Shown here: piece after piece, positions 57,172 to 64,000 of the stretch | How the letters are laid out: each line of letters opens with the position of its first letter | Numbering within the stretch: position 1 is the first letter of the stretch | Assembly: GCA_038230255.1 (NCBI GenBank) | Contig: JBBRNP010000002.1 | Coordinates: forward strand, 306,134 to 370,133 | Length of the DNA: 64,000 nt | Direction: 5' to 3' | Origin: Chthoniobacterales bacterium | GTDB lineage: Bacteria > Verrucomicrobiota > Verrucomicrobiia > Chthoniobacterales > UBA10450 | Notes under the pieces: model-generated | Database searches by the model: none | Told to the model about the DNA's origin: nothing | Seen by the model: only the letters and a program-made list of their open reading frames with translations | Translations under genes and position numbers: made by a program

Positions 57172-58554
57172 CTCGATCGCGTAGCGCTTGAGTTTGTTGT
57201 AGAGCGTCGGCCGTTGAATGCCGAGCAGTTCGGCCGCTTTCTTCTTGTTTCCGTGGCACTGCGCCAACGCCTGCAGGATCGTTACCCGCTCCATGTCGTC
57301 GAGACTTTGCACGCCTTGCGGGACAACGCTGCGCTCAATTTGTTGCAATGCCGCCGGCAACTGCAATTCGCCCGGCAATTCTTTCACGCTGACGACGTTT
57401 TGCCGCGCCAGCACGACCGCATATTCCATCGCGTTCTGCAATTCGCGCACGTTTCCCGGCCACGCATAATCGAGCAACTTTTGGAATGCTTCCGGCGAAA
57501 TCTCGGGTTCGGATTTTCCGAGCTGCTGCGCAAACTGTTTTATAAAAAATGTGACCAGCGGCGGAATGTCCTGCTTTCGTTCGCGCAACGGCGGAACTTC
57601 GATCTGAAAGGTGTTGAGCCGATAATATAAGTCCGAACGCAACCGGTTGTCGGCCAGTGCCTGCGCGGTTGGCCGGTTGGTCGCCGCGATTACGCGAAAA
57701 TTCGCCTTCATCGTTCGGGTGCTCCCGAGCGGCCGAAATTCCCTCTCCTGCAGCACCCGCAAGAAACGCGTCTGCAAATCCGCCGGCATGTCCGAGATCT
57801 CATCCAAAAACAGAGTGCTCCCGTCCGCCGCTGCAATCATTCCCGGAAAATCATTCGTCGCTCCGGTGAACGCGCCTTTGACATAACCAAATAACTCTCC
57901 CTCAATCATCGTTTGCGGAAACGCCGCGCAATTGAGTTTCACCATCGGCCGTTCCGAGCGCCGACTGCGATGATGAATCAAATTCGCGATCACTTCCTTG
58001 CCGACGCCGCTCTCGCCGGTGATCAACACATTGGCTTCCGACGGCGCCATCGCATTGATCAACTCCTCGATTTCCTGCATCGACTTGCTTTTGAATACAG
58101 GCGTCAATCGCGTCTCCGCGATTTCCAAGCGTTTCTCGAGTTCTACCGTTTTCTCGCGAAGCTGTTTCGTTTCGCGAAGGAGCGATTGTTTCTCCAGCGC
58201 TTTTTCGACCAGGCTAAGCAATTCCTCCGGCGCGTACGGTTTGCTGATGAAATGAAACGCGCCACGCTTGATCGATTCGATCGCGTTATTGAGCGTGTCG
58301 TGCGCGGTCAGGATGATGACCTGGGTCTCTGGCCGCTCGGTCTTAATCTGGTCAAGCATCTGCAATCCTTCCGCGTCCGGCAGTTGCAGATCGAGCAGGA
58401 CGAGAGACGCCGCCTTCTTTTTCAACGCCTTTAATCCAGCCGCGGCTGTCGACGCAGTCTCGGTTTCGAATCCGTGGCGATTAAGCAGCGCTTCGAGCGT
58501 GAGCAGAATCGGCCTCTCGTCATCGATAATCAGAATACGCCGCGTCTCTTTCAT
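57166..58554 (-). CDS. Sigma-54-dependent response regulator (NtrC family)
   Basis: Receiver domain, AAA+ sigma-54 interaction domain (GESGVGKE, GAFTGA) and a C-terminal HTH. Confidence 0.9.
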   Translation of the reverse strand: MKETRRILIIDDERPILLTLEALLNRHGFETETASTAAAGLKALKKKAASLVLLDLQLPDAEGLQMLDQIKTERPETQVIILTAHDTLNNAIESIKRGAFHFISKPYAPEELLSLVEKALEKQSLLRETKQLREKTVELEKRLEIAETRLTPVFKSKSMQEIEELINAMAPSEANVLITGESGVGKEVIANLIHHRSRRSERPMVKLNCAAFPQTMIEGELFGYVKGAFTGATNDFPGMIAAADGSTLFLDEISDMPADLQTRFLRVLQEREFRPLGSTRTMKANFRVIAATNRPTAQALADNRLRSDLYYRLNTFQIEVPPLRERKQDIPPLVTFFIKQFAQQLGKSEPEISPEAFQKLLDYAWPGNVRELQNAMEYAVVLARQNVVSVKELPGELQLPAALQQIERSVVPQGVQSLDDMERVTILQALAQCHGNKKKAAELLGIQRPTLYNKLKRYAIEL

Positions 58555-58565
58555 CTAGTTCGAGA

Positions 58566-59276
58566 TCATCTTTCCGCCGGGAAAGATGGCAGCGTAAAAG
58601 TCGTGACGAGGGTCGATGTTTTTTGATCGTACTCAGCTCGGAAATCGCCACCATGCGCTTCCGCAATCGAACGCACGCGATTCAGACCGAGCCCATAGTG
58701 GCCCTGGCTCACGTTTCGCAACGGTTCGCGACCCCAATTGTCGGTTGATAATTCGAAGCGCGCTTTCGGTTCCTCCAACTCGAAGACCAAACGATTATTG
58801 TCGATCTTAATCTTCGCCGCGATCGATTTAATATTGCGCTCGTGATAAAACGCGTTGCTGAAAATTTCGAGGAAAGCTTGTTGAACCAACTGCGGATCGA
58901 CTTGCAGCACCTCATCTTTCAATTGCACGTCCCAGGTCACCTTGGCTGCGTTATCCGGGAATTCCTTCGCCAGCTTTTGTTTCAAGTCCTCGACGAAATC
59001 CGCCGCCGGGTAGGGAATCAGATTGGGATTGGTCTGGCTGAGGCCGGAGGTCAAGCGCTGCAGACTGATTCCGATTTGCGAAATCATTTCGCGCAATCGC
59101 TGAACCTCTTTCTTCATTTCCGCGTCTTCGGCCAACTCCGCCAGGAAAGCAGATTGCAGCTCCACCGCGTTCAAGTTGTTTCGAATGTCGTGGCTCAGTT
59201 GCCGGACAAATTTGACCATGTCGGGCCATGGCACGCCGGGCGAGTGGTTTTCTGGTTGCTCAGAGGATTTCGACAT
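58566..59276 (-). CDS. Short cytoplasmic histidine kinase (NtrB-like, no sensor domain)
   Basis: H-box LSHDIRNNLN and a C-terminal ATPase G-box (GLGLNRVRSIAEAHGG). 236 aa. Confidence 0.7.
   Translation of the reverse strand: MSKSSEQPENHSPGVPWPDMVKFVRQLSHDIRNNLNAVELQSAFLAELAEDAEMKKEVQRLREMISQIGISLQRLTSGLSQTNPNLIPYPAADFVEDLKQKLAKEFPDNAAKVTWDVQLKDEVLQVDPQLVQQAFLEIFSNAFYHERNIKSIAAKIKIDNNRLVFELEEPKARFELSTDNWGREPLRNVSQGHYGLGLNRVRSIAEAHGGDFRAEYDQKTSTLVTTFTLPSFPAER
58797..58808 (+). repeat. Iterated word copy ATTGTCGATCTT
   Basis: Exact 12-mer. Inside the short histidine kinase gene, antisense; the coding strand reads K-I-D-N. Confidence 0.9.
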
Positions 59277-59300
59277 ATTCAGCGCGGCATCGGGTAGTTG

Positions 59301-60878
59301 CTATTCCTTGAGGGAAAATTGGTCGTCCGACGGTCCTTCACTTTTCGCAATCTGCACATGCGAATCGTTGCTCGCAAGATGTTGCAACACGTGAAAAACG
59401 TCTTCCGGGTCGGCGTCGATCGCCCGCGCAATTTCCTCGGAAGTCTTACCGGTTCCCGGCGAAAGTTTTTTGCGAACGTCATCTTGCAACTGAAGCAATC
59501 GTGTGGCCGCTTTCTTTCCGGCTTCCACACCCGGTTGATGATAGGCGTTGATGTTGACCAGCGAACCGTAGAAGCCGACCGCGCGTTCGTAGAGCGCGAT
59601 CAAAGCACCGATGTTAAATGCATTCGCGTCGGCAATGCTGACCGTGATCGATTCGCGCTCCTTTTCGTAAAGCGCCGTCCGCGTTCCGCGCAGAAATCCG
59701 TGCAGATAATCTCCGCTGGTAACGCCGCTCTCCACTTCGAAAGCCGCACGATTACGATCCTTCGCAACTTCAATGAACGTCAGGAAGAAATTTAAAACGC
59801 CGTCGCGCAATTGCTGCACGTAGGCGTGTTGATCGGTCGATCCCTTGTTCCCGTAAACGGCGATGCCTTGATTCACAATTTTACCGTCGAGATCCTTCTC
59901 TTTGCCTAACGATTCCATCACCAGCTGCTGAAGATAACGGCTGAAGAGCAGCAGCCGGTCTTTATACGGCAGCACCACCATGTCTTTTTCGCCGCGACCG
60001 TTGCCGGCGTAAAACCACATCAAAGCGAGCAGCATCGCGGCGTTTTGCCGAAAATCGTTGGCTCGCGTTCGTTCGTCCATCGCCGCCGCGCCGGCCAGGA
60101 AATTGTCGATGTCGAAACCTTCCAATGCCATCGGCACGAGTCCGACCGCGCTCATCACCGACGTGCGCCCACCAACCCAATCCCACATTGGAAAGCGCGC
60201 AATCCAACCACTTTTCTCCGCGTGCTTGTCCAGATCGCTGCCGACGCCGGTAATGGCGACCGCGTGTTTGGCAAAATCCAGGCCGGCGGCTTTGAATCGA
60301 GCTTCCGCTTCCAACATTCCGTTGCGCGTTTCTTTCGTTCCGCCCGACTTCGAAATCACGACGACGATCGTGCGTGCGAGTTTGTTGTCGATCTTGTCGA
60401 GGACGCGATCGAATCCGTCCGGGTCGGTGTTATCGAAAAAGTAAATGTCGAATGGATCCTTCGCGGTCCCGAGCGCTTCGGCGATGAATTGGGGCCCGAG
60501 CGCCGAACCACCAATCCCAATCGAGAGGACGTGTTGAAAGTTTTCGCCCGAACCGCCTTTGATTCTCCCTTTGTGGACATCAGCCGCGAATTCCTTTATC
60601 CGCGCGTACGTCTTCTCGATCTCGGCGCGTAACTCCGCATTTGGCGCGAGCGCGGGTTTGCGCAGCCAATAATGGCCAACCATTCGTTTTTCATCCGGGT
60701 TCCCAATGCCGCCTGCTTCCAGGTCGCGCATCGCGGCAAACGCCTTCTCGATCTTGGATCCCATTTTGTCGAAGAAGTCGTCTGGAAACTTCATCCGGCT
60801 GATGTCGATCGAAAAACCGAGATCGTCGTAGCGCAATAAATATTGCTGGAAGCGCTGCCAAAGCGACGAAGAAGCCAT
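59301..60878 (-). CDS. pgi: Glucose-6-phosphate isomerase
   Basis: [21 protein letters not shown] and [12 protein letters not shown] motifs. Confidence 0.95.
   Translation of the reverse strand: MASSSLWQRFQQYLLRYDDLGFSIDISRMKFPDDFFDKMGSKIEKAFAAMRDLEAGGIGNPDEKRMVGHYWLRKPALAPNAELRAEIEKTYARIKEFAADVHKGRIKGGSGENFQHVLSIGIGGSALGPQFIAEALGTAKDPFDIYFFDNTDPDGFDRVLDKIDNKLARTIVVVISKSGGTKETRNGMLEAEARFKAAGLDFAKHAVAITGVGSDLDKHAEKSGWIARFPMWDWVGGRTSVMSAVGLVPMALEGFDIDNFLAGAAAMDERTRANDFRQNAAMLLALMWFYAGNGRGEKDMVVLPYKDRLLLFSRYLQQLVMESLGKEKDLDGKIVNQGIAVYGNKGSTDQHAYVQQLRDGVLNFFLTFIEVAKDRNRAAFEVESGVTSGDYLHGFLRGTRTALYEKERESITVSIADANAFNIGALIALYERAVGFYGSLVNINAYHQPGVEAGKKAATRLLQLQDDVRKKLSPGTGKTSEEIARAIDADPEDVFHVLQHLASNDSHVQIAKSEGPSDDQFSLKE
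60385..60395 (+). repeat. Iterated word copy (GTTGTCGATCTT)
   Basis: Exact TTGTCGATCTT. Inside pgi, antisense; the coding strand reads K-I-D-N. Confidence 0.9.
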
Positions 60879-60884
60879 AAAATC

Positions 60885-60979
60885 AGTGACGAGTGGCGAG
60901 TGACAGGTGACGAGTTTTCACTGTGCAGCGCGATCTATAATCTCGTCTACTTGTCACACGTCACATGTCACTTGTCACT
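60885..60979. repeat. REP-like hairpin built from 7-nt sub-repeats (GTGAC / GTCAC arrays)
   Basis: Left arm AGTGACG AGTGGCG AGTGACA GGTGACG. Right arm GTCACAC GTCACAT GTCACTT GTCACTC. The arms are about 23/30 complementary. The right arm encodes the last codons and the stop of the S9 peptidase. Confidence 0.7.
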
Positions 60980-63291
60980 CCCAATGGCGGCTTCGTTGTG
61001 CCGCTTTCCTTCTTGATTGGTACTTCATCCTTGGGGGCGACATCATATTCCGGTTTCGGGGTGCCGAGCAGCCAGTGGTCGAACCAGCCGACAATATTTT
61101 GCAAACGCTCGACCCGATGCCACGGCTTGCCCGAGCGTGAGAGTTCGTGCGATTCGTCAGGAAACCGCACCATCACCGTCGGGATTTTCCGAAACTTGAG
61201 CGCCCGGAACATTTCCTCGCCACCGGCACTGGGCGGTGTGCGATAATCGGCTTCTCCCAAAATGAACATCATCGGTGTCTTCACATCTTTGATGTAAGTG
61301 ATCGGCGAACGCGCTTTGAAGTCCTCTTCCTGATCGAAGGGTGGTCCTTTGAACCAAGCCGGCTGGAACAGGGTGAAGTCCGCCGTGTACCACCAATGCA
61401 CCCAGCTCGCGATGTCGCGCTGCGAAACCGCGGCCGCGAAGCGAGTCGTATGTCCGACGACCCAGTTCGTAAGTAATCCGCCGCCGCTGCCGCCGGTAAC
61501 GCCGAGCTTTTTCTCATCGATATAGCCGCGCTTGATCACTTCATCCACGCCCGCCATCAAATCTTTGAAATCGTCGCCCGGATAATGGTACTGGATCACG
61601 TTCCCGAACTCCTGGCCGTAGGTAGTGCTGCCGCGCGGATTGGGAAAGAGCACCACATAACCCTTCGCCGCCATCCATTGAAATTCGTGCTCGAAAATGT
61701 AGCCGTAGGCCGCGTGTGGTCCGCCATGAATGTTGAGAATGAGCGGATATTTTTTTGCGGCGTTGAAGTCGGGCGGCTTTTGCATCCAGGCTTGAATCGT
61801 TTTACCGTCGAAACTTTTGTAGGAAATTTCTTCCGGCTCGGTCAGATTGAGTTTGGAGAAAAGTTCCTTGTTAACATCGGTCAACTGTCGTGGCTGCGCG
61901 TTCGGTGACTGTCGATCTAACACAAACAAATCCCCGACCCGCGTTCCGGTGGAGACCGCGTAAATAATCTTTGAGCCGTCGTTAGACGCGCGAAACCGGG
62001 AGACTGCCTGATTGCCGTTGACCAGATCGCTGACGGTGCCGCTTGTCGCATCGAACGATGCCAAAATTGATTTGCCTTCTTTGCCATAGCTTTCCACCAA
62101 ACTGCGGCCATCCGGTGTCCAGATCGGAATGCTTCGACCGCCGGCGCGGGGCGGGGCATTGTCGCCGAACGGTCCATCGCCGATGTCGAAATCGAATTTC
62201 TCAGTCAAATTTCGCGGCTTGGCGTTCGGTGTAAGATCGACAATCCACAGGTCTGGTTGCGTATAGGAGTTCACCGGCTGCGTGACCGAGGTGACGAACG
62301 CAAACTGTTTTCCGTCTGGACTCAGCGAGAGCGGGCCGACGTCCATGTCGATCGTAGTGATCTTGGTTGCGTTGCCGCCATTCGCGCTGATCGAATAAAG
62401 TTCGCTCTTTGCCTGTTCGTAATATGGTTCGTCGATGTGAAGCGAAACAAAGTAGATCTGCGCGCCGTCCTTCGACCAAACAACGTTGCCTTCATCAAAA
62501 CGCCCGGACGTCAGTTGCTTCGGCTGCACTTTTTCATCCGCGTTGCGTGGCGCCTGGACCGCCCAGATGTGCGCCGGATGCTTGGGATCGGTGTAGCCTT
62601 CGTTGTCTTCCCGGTAGACCGCGCGCGTGATCACGCGCACATCGCTCTCGTGCTCTGATTCAGCTTCCGCTTTCTTGACGGCTTGCTCAGCCGCAGTTTT
62701 CGACGCTGCGTCTTTTTCACCTGGAGTTTTCGACGCTGCGGGCGAAACGCCTGGTGAAATCTCGCTGACTGCTTTCTTCAATTCGTCTTCTTTCTTCTTT
62801 TTCTTTTCCTGTTTGGCGATGTCTTCCGCATTTGTTTCGCTCGTAAACGCAATTGTCTTTCCGTCGGGTGACCAAACTGGATTGCTCGCGCCTTTTGGTA
62901 AATCGGTAAAGGAAAATGAATCCCCTCCGGTCATCGGTAAGATCGACAATTGCGGCGGCTCGGGTTTGCCGTCTTTCTCGGTCGCCCGAACGAACACCAA
63001 ATATTTTCCATCCGGCGACCAGCGCGGCATGGAATCGTGATCGCCCTTCGTAAGCTGATGCGGTTCTTCGCCCCCAGCGGTCGGCACCGACCAGATGGAA
63101 GTGTTATAGCCCTCTTTTTTCTCGTTCACCGTCACGCGCACAAACGCGACGCGCGACCCGTCCGGAGAAATCTGCGGATCGCCGATCCAGACAAAATCCC
63201 AAAGATCTTTTTCCGTGATGTTTCGTTTTTGCGCGAAAAGATTCCCACCGACCGCAAGGACGACAAAGAGGAAAGTAATCAATCTATTCAT
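60961..63291 (-). CDS. S9 family serine peptidase (beta-propeller plus alpha/beta hydrolase)
   Basis: Signal peptide, WD-like propeller blades (SPDG repeats) and catalytic GGSGGG. There is an internal K/E/A-rich insert. Confidence 0.9.
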   Translation of the reverse strand: MNRLITFLFVVLAVGGNLFAQKRNITEKDLWDFVWIGDPQISPDGSRVAFVRVTVNEKKEGYNTSIWSVPTAGGEEPHQLTKGDHDSMPRWSPDGKYLVFVRATEKDGKPEPPQLSILPMTGGDSFSFTDLPKGASNPVWSPDGKTIAFTSETNAEDIAKQEKKKKKEDELKKAVSEISPGVSPAASKTPGEKDAASKTAAEQAVKKAEAESEHESDVRVITRAVYREDNEGYTDPKHPAHIWAVQAPRNADEKVQPKQLTSGRFDEGNVVWSKDGAQIYFVSLHIDEPYYEQAKSELYSISANGGNATKITTIDMDVGPLSLSPDGKQFAFVTSVTQPVNSYTQPDLWIVDLTPNAKPRNLTEKFDFDIGDGPFGDNAPPRAGGRSIPIWTPDGRSLVESYGKEGKSILASFDATSGTVSDLVNGNQAVSRFRASNDGSKIIYAVSTGTRVGDLFVLDRQSPNAQPRQLTDVNKELFSKLNLTEPEEISYKSFDGKTIQAWMQKPPDFNAAKKYPLILNIHGGPHAAYGYIFEHEFQWMAAKGYVVLFPNPRGSTTYGQEFGNVIQYHYPGDDFKDLMAGVDEVIKRGYIDEKKLGVTGGSGGGLLTNWVVGHTTRFAAAVSQRDIASWVHWWYTADFTLFQPAWFKGPPFDQEEDFKARSPITYIKDVKTPMMFILGEADYRTPPSAGGEEMFRALKFRKIPTVMVRFPDESHELSRSGKPWHRVERLQNIVGWFDHWLLGTPKPEYDVAPKDEVPIKKESGTTKPPLGVTSDM
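62233..62244 (-). repeat. Iterated word copy ATTGTCGATCTT
   Basis: Exact 12-mer on the minus strand. Inside the S9 peptidase gene, sense, read as I-V-D-L. Confidence 0.9.
62939..62950 (-). repeat. Iterated word copy ATTGTCGATCTT
   Basis: Exact 12-mer on the minus strand. Inside the S9 peptidase gene, sense but in another frame, read as L-S-I-L. Confidence 0.9.
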
Positions 63292-63309
63292 AGACGCAGA
63301 TTTCTTTTA

Positions 63310-63367
63310 GACAGGATCAACAAGATTTTTTGGATTTCAGAATCACTTTAATCCTGTAAATCCTGTC
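63310..63367. repeat. REP-like hairpin of the GACAGGAT 9-nt sub-repeat family, copy 2
   Basis: GACAGGATCAACAAGATT...TAATCCTGTAAATCCTGTC. Same family as 15148..15218. Lies between the icd stop and the peptidase start. Confidence 0.7.
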
Positions 63368-63373
63368 GATTTC

Positions 63374-64000
63374 TTACATGTGCTCAATCACGTTATCGCC
63401 AAACTGCGAGCATTTGATCTCGGTCGCGCCGTCCATCAATCGCGCGAAATCGTAAGTCACGCGTTTGCTCGCGATCGCCCCTTTCAATCCCTTTAGAATC
63501 AGGTCGGCGGCTTCGCTCCAGCCCATGTACCGGAACATCATTTCGCCGGACAGAATCACCGAACCCGGATTCACTTTGTCCTGGTTCGCGTATTTCGGGG
63601 CGGTCCCGTGGGTCGCTTCGAAAACCGCGTGACCGGTGATGTAATTAATATTCCCGCCGGGCGCGATTCCGATCCCGCCCACTTGCGCGGCCAGCGCGTC
63701 GCTCAAATAATCGCCGTTCAAATTCAAGGTCGCGATCACATCGAAATCTTCCGGCCGCGTTAGCACTTGCTGCAACGTGATATCGGCGATCGCGTCTTTG
63801 ATTACAATGCCGCCGCCCGGTTTGCCCATCGGAATTTTGCACCACGGGCCGCCGTCGATTTCTTCCGCGCCAAAATAACTTTTCGCAATGTCGTAGCCCC
63901 AGTCCCGAAACGCGCCTTCGGTGAACTTCATGATGTTGCCCTTGTGCACGAGCGTCACGCTCTTGCGCTGGTTCAGGATCGCGTAACTGATCGCGCTGTG
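63374..64000 (-). CDS. icd: Isocitrate dehydrogenase (NADP), C-terminal part; the gene continues past the right edge
   Basis: [23 protein letters not shown] and downstream motifs match prokaryotic Icd. The frame stays open to base 64000. Confidence 0.95.
   Translation of the reverse strand, partial: HSAISYAILNQRKSVTLVHKGNIMKFTEGAFRDWGYDIAKSYFGAEEIDGGPWCKIPMGKPGGGIVIKDAIADITLQQVLTRPEDFDVIATLNLNGDYLSDALAAQVGGIGIAPGGNINYITGHAVFEATHGTAPKYANQDKVNPGSVILSGEMMFRYMGWSEAADLILKGLKGAIASKRVTYDFARLMDGATEIKCSQFGDNVIEHM

Overview
This is 64 kb of densely coding, moderately GC-rich bacterial chromosome: about 60 CDS (2 partial, 1 frameshifted) and 2 tRNAs. I saw no rRNA, CRISPR array, transposase, integrase or prophage. 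Recognisable content, left to right:
- pilM-pilN-(pilO) type IV pilus genes
- a complete MoxR/DUF58/DUF4381/BatA/BatB/BatD/BatE aerotolerance-type operon
- der, pgsA, a PfpI-family gene and tRNA-Leu
- a ClpX paralog followed by a membrane class III cyclase
- recR, an MscS channel, glycogen debranching enzyme and treZ
- a frameshifted hybrid histidine kinase
- an operon of DUF2334 deacetylase, a PHP-GT4 fusion and a PG-binding protein
- tmk-holB-fabG, msrA, pgl, murJ and gdhA
- an operon containing fumarylacetoacetase
- tRNA-Met plus a small GIY-YIG gene
- an operon of an STT3-like GT-C protein, two bactofilins and a DUF5069-like protein
- an HK/ntrC/glnD nitrogen cluster, pgi, an S9 peptidase and icd.

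The gene content and the style of the REP-like hairpins suggest a soil Verrucomicrobiota/PVC-type organism. That is inference only.

The strongest signal is at DNA level. The 12-mer ATTGTCGATCTT (core TGTCGATCT) is scattered through unrelated genes and intergenic DNA, on both strands and in several reading frames, far above chance. This resembles uptake-sequence or HIP-type iterated words.

Secondary observations:
- several families of hairpin repeats built from 7-nt or 9-nt sub-repeats, some of which supply gene 3' ends
- a 1-nt frameshift in a kinase
- unusual domain fusions (PHP-GT4, zinc-ribbon-bactofilin, and a ClpX lacking the zinc-binding domain)
- a ~120-bp tandem duplication between tRNA-Met and the GIY-YIG gene.

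All functional calls come from reading the translated ORFs by eye. No database search was run.
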